Shown here piece after piece: positions 12,056 to 23,039 of a stretch of DNA of 63,896 nucleotides. Source of the DNA: Ginglymostoma cirratum (taxonomy: Eukaryota); assembly GCA_024137785.1 (NCBI GenBank), contig JAHRHZ010000111.1, positions 16,441,341 to 16,505,236 on the forward strand, given 5' to 3'. The first letter of the stretch is position 1; each line of letters starts with the position of its first letter. The notes under the pieces are model-generated. The model was not told the DNA's origin. It did not search any database and worked only from the letters and a program-made list of their open reading frames with translations. Position numbers and translations under genes: made by a program.

Positions 12056-12280
12056 GGGGCTGGTAAGCTCAGTTAACTGTATGGCTGTTTTGTGATGTAG
12101 AGTGATGCCAACAGTGTGGGTTTAATCTTGCACTGGATCAGATTACCATAAAGACTCTCCTTCTTAATGTCTCACCGTGCCTGAAATGTAGTGACTCCCA
12201 GGTTAAACCGCCACCAGTCATCTTCTGTAATGAGGGGGCAGCCCAGTGGTCCTCTGGGACTATGCCTGTCTTTACCATTC
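12056..12280 (+). mobile_element. tRNA-headed SINE of a third family (degraded)
   Basis: Head gggctggtaagctcagtt...gggtttaatc and body ending ggttaaaccgccaccagtcatc...ggtcctctgggactatg...tttacc. Recognised as a dispersed SINE-like pattern only. Confidence 0.5.
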
Positions 12281-12339
12281 ATCTTTTCAAACACAGGTCA
12301 GCCTAACATTGACAGTGGGAACTCTTAGAAACAGGGGTC

Positions 12340-12670
12340 CAGGATAAAATTAATTATCATTTATTTAAGAACATGAGCTAATGAGTGACGGCCAATAAGG
12401 ATTTTTTAAAGGTCATTCTTGCTAAATGGGCCAGATTTAGTTTTTTGATTCGGTAACAGAGAGATTTGATGAAGATTGTGAAGTTTAATATATTTTACAT
12501 GGACTCTCAAAAAGTTTTTGCTAAAGTATCATGTATAGATTATTAGCAGTATTGAAGCCCGTGGGATTAAAGGGGCAGCAGTAGCAGAGATATGGAGTTG
12601 GCTAAGAGACAGAGATCAGAGAATAATATGATTAATTGTTCTTTGGAGATGGGGAAGATGTGCTGTGGTC
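12340..12670 (+). mobile_element. Old CR1 RT relic
   Basis: Remnants of 'FF..VT...DE', 'YMD.QK.F.KV' and 'HGIKG', homologous to 5410-5630. Confidence 0.65.
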
Positions 12671-13704
12671 CTTTTGATGTATGTAAATGCCCTGGACATT
12701 ATTCATTATGTGGCAGGATTTCTTGGCTTCACACTGCGGACATCCTCCATTGTATTGTGTGGAACTACCACAGTGATAAATGCAACAGATTCAGAATAGA
12801 TCTTTCAGCCTGAATTACTGCGCTATTTAAAGTTTCAGGGATTTTTTTGGAACAGAAACTTTTAGTTTTGACATGTGCAAACTCCAACGTCTATTTGTTC
12901 TCTGGTTATACTTAGACTAAGGATTGTTTCTACAGACCACCATTTTGTGATGCTGGAACAAAAGAATTCTGCAACTCCGTCAGGTCTGAAATGCTTTTTA
13001 TGTCATTCTTTGAAGTATTCCTCAGTGTTGATTGTTGCTGTCAGGTTTCTTGGGATTTACTGTCCTCAACAATCAGCACTTTCTGTTTTTCTTGAAGTCT
13101 TCTGGGTTGCCAACGTGCTTGCCTTTTTGGGATGGGTGCTGCTAAATTAAATCTTCAAACACCTCACTGATCAATGTATTGTGTTTGGTGCCATCTTCTG
13201 AATGTGTGTGTTCTTTATGGCCTTACATAGTCAAGTGTGTGTAAACGTAGTCCCCTTCTGTGCTAACAAGTAGAGTCTTACATAGTAAACAAAGTGCAGT
13301 TTATTTCATTGCTGCTATTTTATACAGATTGTCAGAAAGAATTCTCTACATTACTGTAAATATTTTTGTAAGAACAATGCCTTAAATCTGTCTCCCACAA
13401 GATTCTACCTCACTCCCACAGATCCTTATAACATCGTCACAGTGCGTGGTGCTTATTACACTCAGTCAAGTATGTATCCTTCAGGTCCTTCCAGACACAT
13501 AAGTTCTACCTTCATCTTCATTCATGGTCTTTGTTATGAGTTCAGTCATCGACCACTGTACAGTGTCTGTACTATATCACTTATCAAACTGCTGCAAGAT
13601 TGCAGTTCCCAGTCACACATGGCTATGGCAAGCCAATAAGCACTCTGGGACAATTTTACACTTCTTTTGCAAGCGTTTCTTCATCAATCAACCTTTGTTG
13701 TAAG

Positions 13705-14300
13705 AACTGATTGCATTTCTCTGTTACAGGCTGGACGAACCAATCTTCAATGTGAGACTCTTTCCCTTGTTCAGTTTATGGCCTTTATTCCTTTCCTTTG
13801 CACTGCTCCTCCTGGAATACTTGATATAAACACAGGAATTAATTCCAATACGTTCTCGTGAAAACATTTGATTTGAAAGATGGATGCTGGCACTCGATAA
13901 TTGAATTCTCCATCAGCGGAAAATTGTAGCCAATAGTCTCTCAGGGGTTCCATTTCACAGAATTCATTAGATATTCCAGCCAAATAAACAGCCATGGAAT
14001 TCACAAATTCATCCTGTGGATTTATTATTTATCATGGTGAACAGTAGCTGAAGCGCTCAGGTCAAAAGAGCAGATGCTGTGCAGCTAAAAGACTGATCTG
14101 TAAATGCTGAGTCGGCCAGGTATTAAAATGGAATTGCTACTATCATCTATATATATATGTATATATATAAATATATATATGTATGATATATTGTATTATA
14201 TATATAAACCAACCTACTGCTTCCAGCCTGAGCACTTTTAAAAAAGTGTTCATGGTAACCTTAAGCTAGTCAAGTATGCTTTCAGCTTCTTTGAATACGA
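13705..14300 (-). mobile_element. Second copy of the ancient repeat at 4480-5035, with an (AT)n tract inside
   Basis: Collinear reverse-complement similarity to 4480-5035. Confidence 0.6.
14148..14205. repeat. (AT)n microsatellite, imperfect
   Basis: Direct reading of the sequence. Confidence 0.9.
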
Positions 14301-14439
14301 AAAGTGTTAATTCTGAGAAATTTTAGTAAACTCGGCTTATAATTATTTCTGTTTTGCCTGCATGAACATCTCCATAAACACATGAGGCATAGCCGTGATA
14401 TACATTGCAAGAAAGTTATGATTAAGTAGATTTGACTGT

Positions 14440-15260
14440 AACCAAAACAGAAATTGCTGGAGAAACTCAGCAGGTCTGGCAGCTTCTGTGATGGGAAAGC
14501 AGGGTTAAAGTTTCAGGTCCAGTGACCCTTCTTCAGAACTATTAGTAGCTAGGAAAATGTGGCATACGTATTGAAGAGAGAGTGTGGAGGTGGGGGTGGA
14601 GTGAAGGGGTAAGCAGTTAGGTGGAAGCAGAGCACAGAAAGAGAGAAAGACAGTTAGAGAGACAAAGGGATGGATGATGGTAAACTAGGCAGTAAGAAAA
14701 GTTGATAATGGGACAAAAAGTCGGTGAAAATGAGTTGGCTTGTAATTACAGGGCCTGGGGGTAGGTAAAGGACATAGAAGAGTGCGTTCAGGTTCTAAAA
14801 TTATTGAACTCGATATTGAGTCCTGAAGGTTGCAGGGTCCCCAAGCAGAAGGTGAGATGTTCTTCTAGCTTGCGCTGAGCCTCTCTCGAGCGTTGCAGCA
14901 GAACATGTTGGTAACAAAAACAGAAGTTGTTAGTAAAGCTGAGCAGGTCTGGTAGCATCTGTGAAGAAAAAAATCAGAGTTAATGTTTCTGAGGAAGGGT
15001 CAGTGGGCCCAAAACGTTAACTCTGATTTTTCCTTCACAGATGCTGCCAGACCTGCCGAGCTTTTCCAGCAACTTCTGTTTTTGTTCCTGATTTACAGCA
15101 TCCGCAGTTCTTTAGTTTTTTTTTCATAGACATACTGGTGGTGTGTTGAAGTGGCAGCCAAGTGGAAGTTCAGGATCATTTTTACAGACAAAATGTAAGT
15201 GTTCTGTAAAGCAGAAGCCCAGTCTGTGTTTATCTCCCCAGTGTAGAGGAAACCACATTA
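14440..15260 (-). mobile_element. PLE 3' fragment (family 2): GIY-YIG C-terminus, 3' UTR and terminal repeat
   Basis: The reverse complement of 14800-14880 reads AQRKLEEHLTFCLGTLQPSGLNIEFNN. A hammerhead-bearing repeat lies at 14440-14545. The fragment hosts a nested palindrome. Confidence 0.85.
14913..15125 (+). mobile_element. Palindromic mini-PLE (family 2) nested inside another PLE
   Basis: Arms are aacaaaaacagaagttg...gttaatgttt and aaacgttaac...caacttctgtttttgtt, followed by the tail cctgatttacagcatccgcagttc. Confidence 0.9.
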
Positions 15261-15859
15261 TCAATATTTAAGAGTTAACAACAATTTCTAAAATTTCTGA
15301 CATTAAGGATTGAATCAAAGGGAGAGAGAGGAATTGCTTATCTTGAAAGCACAAGTGGTGTGATCTCAGCTGATGGGAATACTGGACAGATCCAGTCCCT
15401 GAATGAATCCTGGTTTAATAGATTGTGTGTTTAATTTTTGCAGTTGATTAACTTGTGGTAGGTCATTGAACCATATTCACGGGCGGCTGCAGATGTTTTT
15501 TAACAATAGAACATAACCCTCTACAAAACAGAAGAAAAGAAAGCTACGTACATATATAAGATGGTTAGTAAATCCTTAACAGAAATAGCAGTATGAAGTA
15601 TCAACCAATTTCCAAATGCTATCCTTTTCCAGATATTCAATCCCAGAGAAATTTCATTCCTATCTCTACTCTTTAATTTCTTACCTAATGACTGTTCCCA
15701 GTTCTGTTGACTTGGACTGCTGAGACAGTTTTACGGCACCTTTCTGCATCTCATGGCATAGATCTTTCTCAATTTTGATGGTTTAAACTTTTTCAGTTCT
15801 GTTAACTTGGAGAATTCTATACAACCTCTCCTGACTTGGAAACTTCATAAACCTTTTTA

Positions 15860-16030
15860 AAAGTCAATCACAGGATATGGGCTTTGCTGGCAGGGCCTAG
15901 TTGCTCTTGGGAAGGTGGTGGTGATCTGCCTTCTTGAACCTCTGTGGTCTGTTTGGTGTAGATGAATAAAATTATTAGGGAGAGAGTTCCAGGATTTTGA
16001 AGGGCAGACTTTGGAACACAGGAGTTGAGT
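15860..16030 (-). mobile_element. Family-B LINE 3' end
   Basis: Homologous to 33013-33190 (aaggtggtggtga.ctgccttcttgaac...agggagagagttccaggattttga). Confidence 0.7.
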
Positions 16031-16189
16031 TACTCTGTGCAAGATTACTAGTCTGTATCTTGTATCACTGTATTTATATGGCTTATCAGTTGTGTTTCTA
16101 GTCAATGGTAATCTCATCAGCTGGAGTAACTGGTTCCCCTGAACTGAAAAATTGATGTTCTTGTAAGGATGAAACTGTTCGTCCTTCTC

Positions 16190-16330
16190 AACTGATTGTT
16201 CTGAACAGAAATTTAAGCCTAATCTAATAGTAAATTATAAATTCACCAGTATAAGCATTCCATCCATTAATAACACAGATATTGCGTCAGACACTTGACT
16301 CACTAGGCTAAAATCACATGCCATCTTGGA
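16190..16330 (+). mobile_element. Possible ancient PLE GIY-YIG relic
   Basis: Frameshifted remnants read ..NYKFT.. and RHL.TRLKSH (cf. VVYKF.C...YIG.T.R.L..R..EH). Confidence 0.35.
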
Positions 16331-16539
16331 AATGATGTAAATAGGTCTCTGTTCCCAATGATCCCTCTTTTTAAACAAAATTCATGCAGCTGATCAAAAC
16401 CAAAAATCTTCTATTTTCAAATTTAAGTTCCAAATTACAATAATATATTGTACATATTTTAGCACACAAATGTGATGAAAAGTTCAATATATTATGAATT
16501 GGGAAATGAGATCTAAAGTAGAGATAAATGTTTTTCTTT

Positions 16540-17289
16540 TGTTTTCAGTCCTATGGAGGTGATTTCATTTTTTAAAGATTGGGAATCAAAGTCAGATCAA
16601 AGCAGCTTTAGTAAGAAATCACATGATTTAAGCTAAATGCCTGGAGAGGCTCCATGTTAAGGTAATTTGTGAAATGTTTACTAAGTTTAACATTTTATGA
16701 CCCACAGAAAAAGAGGTCAGAAGCAGGTTGCAGTTCAGAAGGAAATATTCATTCCAGCAGAAGTGCAGTTTTGTTTCTGACAGCCGAGGCCATCAGAAGT
16801 GGGAAGAAGATTTATTTGTTTCAGCAACCCTTATGCTTTTTTTCTTGCATTTCATGGAGAAGAGCCAATGAATTAGCATGTGTCTACTTATCTAAGGAGG
16901 AAACAGTAATGGAGAGAATCATTTATGGTGAATGTGGATAAATGAAATGCTTGCAAATTTGCTGTAGAGTCAGAAATTTTAAAGTGAAGATAGGCCTGAT
17001 ATGTCACTGGGGTTGACTGCCTATAAAGGACATTGCTGGGAAAGAAGGGTTGAGTCTTTTTACTTGCGATAAGATCTTCCCTATTAGCTTTGCTTTGGCA
17101 ATACTTTGTTTTCTGTTTGTTTTCTGAATTTATGCCCTTTTGTGGAAAGTATATTGACAACCTCGAGTGAACATGTTCAGTGACTGCCATATTAACAAAA
17201 CTGAAGAAGTAAAATCTTATGGCCTATCAAGCCAGGTTTCACTCTGGAATCTGACTTGTCTACTACAACCATCAGCTGGGATCATGACA
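16540..17289 (+). mobile_element. Probable solo LTR (5' boundary uncertain)
   Basis: The 3' end tatggcctatcaagccagg...cagctgggatcatgaCA recurs at about 24835-24907 and, inverted, at about 39158-39230. Confidence 0.5.
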
Positions 17290-17323
17290 CAAGCAACTTT
17301 CCAAGGAAAGGAAAGATAAACTC

Positions 17324-18740
17324 GCCCAGTGCCGACGCCGATGTAACTCCGCCCACAGCCGACGCCGACAACGCTCCGCCCACTGCCTCCACAGCCAGCA
17401 GCTCCAGAGGAGTCAGCGACACTGAGCCCTGCCGAGTCTTCACCCTCCCCCAAGACCTCCCCCTTACTGAGGACGAATGGTCAGTCCTCAGTAAAGGGCT
17501 CACCTTTGTCCCCTTCCACACACATATCAACGAATACCGCTCACACTTGGATATTGAGCAGTTTTTCCGCCGCCTCCGCCTCCACGCTTACTTCTCCAAC
17601 CGCGAATCTAACCCTCCCTCTACTGACCCCTTCTCCCGCCTCCAACACAAGCCCTCCTCCTGGACACCACCCCAAGGCCTCCTACCCTCCCTCGACCTCT
17701 TCATCTCCAACTGCCGTCGAGACATCAACCGCCTCAACCTCTCTACCCCTCTCAAACACTCCAATCTCTCCACCGCAGAACATGCAGCCCTCCGCTCCCT
17801 CCGCTCCAATCCCAACCTCACCATAAAACCCACGAACAAAGGAGGGGCAGTCGTAGTATGGCGCACTGACCTCTACATTGCTGAGGCCAGGCGCCAACTC
17901 TCTGACACCTCCTCCTACCGCCCCCTGGATCATGACCCCACCCCCGAGCACCAAACCATCATCTCCCAAACCATCCACAACCTCATCACCTCAGGTGACC
18001 TCCCACCCACCACCTCCAACCTCATCGTTCCCCAACCCCGCACCGCCCGCTTCTTTCTCCTTCCCAAAATCCACAAACCTGAATGCCCTGGTCGACCCAT
18101 TGTCTCCACCTGCTCCTGCCCCACCGAACTCATCTCCACCTACCTAGACTCCATTTTCACCCCCTTGGTCCAGGAACTCCCTACCTACGTCCGTGACACC
18201 ACCCACGCCCTCCACCTCCTCCAGAACTTCCAATTCCCNNNNNNNNNNNNNNNNNNNNNNNNNNNNNNNNNNNNNNNNNNNNNNNNNNNNNNNNNNNNNN
18301 NNNNNNNNNNNNNNNNNNNNNNNNNNNNNNNNNNNNNNNNNNNNNNNNNNNNNNNNNNNNNNNNNNNNNNNNNNNNNNNNNNNNNNNNNNNNNNNNNNNN
18401 NNNNNNNNNNNNNNNNNNNNNNNNNNNNNNNNNNNNNNNNNNNNNNNNNNNNNNNNNNNNNNNNNNNNNNNNNNNNNNNNNNNNNNNNNNNNNNNNNNNN
18501 NNNNNNNNNNNNNNNNNNNNNNNNNNNNNNNNNNNNNNNNNNNNNNNNNNNNNNNNNNNNNNNNNNNNNNNNNNNNNNNNNNNNNNNNNNNNNNNNNNNN
18601 NNNNNNNNNNNNNNNNNNNNNNNNNNNNNNNNNNNNNNTCAAGTTTTCCTGCTCCTATGATGCTGCTTGACCTGCTGTGTTCATCCAGCCCCATGCTTGT
18701 TATCTCAGATTCTCCAGCATCTGCAGTACCTTTTGTCTCT
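17324..18740 (+). mobile_element. 5'-truncated Neptune-type PLE (family 1) spanning an assembly gap
   Basis: The frame is open through LSKGLTFVP, IKPTNKGGAVVVW, LLPKIHKP..PGRPIVS and YVRDTTH. The terminal repeat follows the gap. gataaactc is duplicated at 17315-17323 and 18741-18749. Confidence 0.95.
18239..18638. other. Assembly gap (400 N)
   Basis: Run of N. Confidence 1.
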
Positions 18741-19665
18741 GATAAACTCAGGTTGATAGATTTAATGGATGGCATAGGATAGAAATAATGTTTGATTTAC
18801 TTGACAGCAATGGAACTGGTTTCATTAGAATAAAAAAAATGTAGTATTGAATTATTTTAAAAATGATACCAATAGATACGCTTGAGATTTGGTTATAAAC
18901 AGTGATGCTTCTTGTTTCTGAAACCTCAATCAAAAATGCATTAACCATTGCATAGAGATAACATGGTTCTTTCAGTTATCCTTCTGATGCTCTCGTGAAG
19001 AATGATAGTGTGAATCAGCCATGAGTTAATGTCCATTATATTCAGAGGGTGACTCTTGGTTGACAACCGCATTCACTCTCCCATTCAGTAATGGGAGCTA
19101 GCATCACTGTCTTTTTCAAGTCTCATTAACAAGATCAGTAAACATGGCTTTGATCCCCATTGTGGTCAAACTTAAGTAGCGCTGAAACTCAAAGCTAATT
19201 TTCAGAAATATATTCGTTTAACTATATTTATTGCTTCAGAAAACAAGGCAGTATGTAAAGATTTTTGGAAGATTTAGATGTGTACAAAATGTGGAAAATA
19301 AGATTTATACTAAAATTTCCATCTATAGATATAAGACATATGAAAAAGGACTTGAAATTATAAAAGGGGAAAGAACTCCAAAAAGTGACTCCCAAGAAAA
19401 TAAAATATTAGCATTTCAGCCATTTGATCAGAGCTAAAAATCTAAAGATTGCTTCAAGAGAGCAATGGGGAGACCACAGAAAGCGAGTTTGTCCTAGATT
19501 TGGTTGGATCTTGGAGGTCTCAGACAACCGACAATGGATGTCAGAGGAATATGCGCAGCAGACAAGCATGGCATAGCACTGATCTAATGGCAGGAATAGC
19601 TACAAGCAGCAGCTGCAGTATGGCTTGGGAAGAGCCACAGGGAAGCCATTAGTTCAAGTGACTCC

Positions 19666-20282
19666 TGTGAAATGCTGTGGCTTTAAGCGGCGATTTTGTC
19701 CTGGTTTTTTGAAGCGAGGTTTTAAGATGGAATAAACAGCTCTTGAGGTCTTGGGTTTTTTTAAAGTTGGAACAATAGAAGCAGCCTGAATGAGTAGGGT
19801 CGATCTCTCACAGAACCAGGATTTTTAGTTTGTTTCAGAAACAGTTGTTCCTGGGGTCTCAGCAGGGCTGCCAGGCAGTGAATCTCTCCCAGCTGCAACA
19901 CTCTGTCTGTGATTTCGCTGGATGGTTTTCCTCCTGGGCTGCTAGAGTTGCATGTGAGACAATCTGTTTTCTGAATTTGCCTATTGCCAAGGGCATGCTT
20001 ATGGGATGTAACCGTATTGGAACAGTTACTGTTTAGTAGTCAAAAAATCTATTATTCGGTTACGTTTTCCAATAGAGTTAAGTTATTCCAAGTTCCTCTA
20101 AGTTTTGTTATATTTTAACTATTATATCTGAATAAATTGTGCTTTGATTGACTTTGAGTAGTTTGACCAGTGCCATCGCATCTGGAACATAGCACATCAC
20201 ATTTACCTTTGAAACAAGAAAAGGTTAGAGTCTAGGCTACCTTCTTATTATATTTTAAGGGGATCTGGTCTGGTCCATAACA
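19666..20282 (+). mobile_element. Solo LTR (617 bp)
   Basis: Termini are TGTGA...TAACA, with AATAAA at about 20131. The flanks ctcc/ctac fit a 4-bp TSD with one mismatch. Confidence 0.7.
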
Positions 20283-20299
20283 CTACAACTTCACTAAGC

Positions 20300-20800
20300 A
20301 CTGGAGTTATTGAAAGAAGAGTAAAAGGGAGCTGTAATTGTGTTATTTATGAGAACCTGTGAAATTTATGGATTGGAGTTTGCAATCTCAAGGAAGTAAC
20401 ATCAGGGTAATGTTGCATGAACACAAGGTAATGTGCTTCAGAGTAATTGTTTTAGAGTTTCCAACAGACACTAGTGGCTTCTCTGAGAGCAGTAAGGGAA
20501 TCATTTCTTTCAGTAATTGGCTACAGAAATGGACTGTAAAGGAAATTCTTGTCTTTATGCATAACCGAGGGGAATTTGAGGGGAAGCAAAATTATTTATG
20601 AGAGGTTAAAATAAGATTAAGCAACTAGCATAGCGAATTGAAATTGCAATGGGAAATATTTAAATGAACATTGAAGATAAAATACCTCACCAAAAGTGAA
20701 GTGCTACTTGTTTAGAGGAAGGTGAAGCAGGTCATAACTGCTACAAATTCAACAAGCATAAATAATTTAAAAGGTAATTTAAAAGAGCAAGTAAAGGACC
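20300..20800 (+). mobile_element. Old CR1 3' relic
   Basis: Remnants of the ORF2 C-terminus (ttctctgagagcagtaagg, ctgaggggaa...) in CR1 order. Confidence 0.45.
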
Positions 20801-21104
20801 CTAAAATCTTTACATCTGTGCTAGAAACATTCGGAGTAACATTTTTGAGTTATAATTGTAGAACCAAAAATTCAACAGTGCTTTTTCTATTTTTCAAGTG
20901 CTAATTGCGTACAAGCTTCCAGTATGACAGGAATGTACATCTGAACATATGCCAATCTACGAATTAAGAAAAAGAGTTGGCTACTCACTCCCTCAAGCCT
21001 GCTCTTCAGTAAGATAATGGCATCTTATTGTCCTCATTCAAAGCCATCCTAAATAAACTTTACCCTCCTTGTTTAACAATAATCTATTTACCTTTTCCCT
21101 CCTT

Positions 21105-21225
21105 GGGTCTAGACCCGAAACGTCAGCTTTCCTGCTCCTCTGATGCTGCTTGGCCTGCTGTGTTCATCCAACTCTACACACCTTGTTGTCTCAGATTCTC
21201 CAGCATTGACAGTTCCTACAATCTC
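21105..21225 (+). mobile_element. Single-arm PLE terminal repeat (family 1) with a 24-bp flanking duplication
   Basis: Sequence runs gggtctagacccgaaacgtcagc...ttcctacaatctc. tttaacaataatctatttaccttt occurs at 21072-21095 and 21226-21249. Confidence 0.9.
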
Positions 21226-21651
21226 TTTAACAATAATCTATTTACCTTTACCTGAAAAAGATTTAAACTTTGCTTCCACCACTTCCTCCTCCTTACTTTT
21301 ATACTTGACTCCCCTCACAATAAACAATAACATTCTATTAGTTTTCTCTAATTACTAGATCTATATGCAGATTATTTTTTTATGAGTCCTCCACCGGGAC
21401 ACCAAGACCCTTCTGTATCTCAGAGTATTGCGTGCCTCTCACCATTTATTTTTACTTCATTTGCCACATTCATGTAAACCATATCCTTTTGTAGTTTTCC
21501 TAATGTCATCTTCACAATTTATACTCCACCTACTTTTGTGTCATCAGCAAGTTTAATAACCATAACTTTGGTCTTATTGAAAGGGCACCACCCTCTTTGC
21601 AGTATCCTGCATCCCTGAACGAGGCAGTTTCTTTTCATACATTTTATTTAT

Positions 21652-21951
21652 ATCCCTATGGTGTGGGAACAGGCCCTTTGGCTAACAAGTCCACATCAAC
21701 CCTCACAGCATCCCACCCAGACCCCATTCTCCTAATCTACACATCCCTGAACATTACAGGCAATTTGGCATGGCCAATCCATCTAGCCTGCACATCTTTG
21801 GACTGTGGGAAGGAACCAGAGCACCTGGAGGAAGCCCACACAGACACAGGGAGAATGTACAAACTCCACACAGACAGTCACCCAAGTCTGGAATTGAACC
21901 CAGGTCCCTGGTGCTGTGAGGCAGCAGTGCTAACCACTGAGCCACCCTGCC
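21652..21951 (-). mobile_element. HE1-type V-SINE, near full length
   Basis: The reverse complement begins ggcagggtggctcagtggttagcactgctgcctcacagcaccagggacctgggttcaattcc and includes the V domain. Confidence 0.92.
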
Positions 21952-23039
21952 TTCTTCTTTACAGTATCCTGAATGTTTGGGCATTAGTTGCCCTTTCTCA
22001 GTTGCAGATTCCATGGATTTCCTCCACATCAACAATCTGTGCCAACGGGTATTTTTATTCTCAATCTGCCTGTAAGTCAATGCTAAACTATGTAACCTTT
22101 TTACTTCCCCTGTTTGATTAGTTTGAACATTCTCAATCACATTCAGTAATTGTATTATCTGTGAAATCAATATGCTCCTTTCTCAGTTCCACGGTTTAAG
22201 AATTGCTTCTTGCTTAGTGTGAAATCTGTCACTGAGGATTCTTCCTGGGAAGATGAGGAAATAAAATACTTTGTTTGAATCTGTCTCTTCAGAGTAACTT
22301 CAGCATTAATATCAGACTTGAATCTGTAATTGCTATTTGTCCACTTCGCCTCTGAGGTGCACTCTAATTTGCATCAGTTATAGATTAGTCAGTTAGCTCG
22401 AGGTGGGATGTACTGCTCATTGGGTATCTCACTGCTTGTCTTTCCTTAAAACCTTTACTGCTCCTTACAATCCCTTCAGTGTTCGTAGCAGTAGAAAACA
22501 TTTTTGCCAATCCAATATAATCTTGCTGATGGTATGAAACAAATTTCCCATGTTATTGTACCTAAGCTCAGTGGATTCTGTCTTCAGTTTAGTTCCGCCA
22601 TGGCTCTTGGGAGTCCTATGAAATCTTCGACCAGCTTTCCTTTGTCCATCTGTTCCACAGATGGCTGTCCTTTGACTGACTTGGTCCTTGGTTAGTTGTT
22701 CCATCACTAGTTGCTCCTGAACCACTTGTGTTACTTGCCTGATCCTTACCATTCCTCATCATGTTGTGGGAACTAACTGAGCTATTGGTTACTATCTGGT
22801 AAATTTGATACCACCATACTCCTTTTAGGTAGGGATCTTCAGAGTCTGCTTTGACCAGTGTGGAAGAGGAAAACCACGATGTTGTCTATTGAGAAGAGGC
22901 TGCTGTCTTAAACAAGATATAGGTTTTTGCGTGATAGCAACTGTATACAAGTTATGCTGGTACCATAGGCATTGTTATGAAAGACATTGTTACAAAGACT
23001 ATCAGGGAGATCTAGATGGTCGATCTATCTTTTGAGATT

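Noticed and set aside
17256-18782. 508-aa ORF as an intact protein-coding gene
   Set aside because: It reads through 400 N, starts in flanking non-PLE DNA and ends past the terminal repeat. Only the middle portion is PLE RT.
21880-21951. tRNA genes at the A/B-box motifs (also 2578, 9376, 41275, 47816)
   Set aside because: These are tRNA-derived SINE heads followed by SINE bodies and LINE tails, and no cloverleaf is evident.
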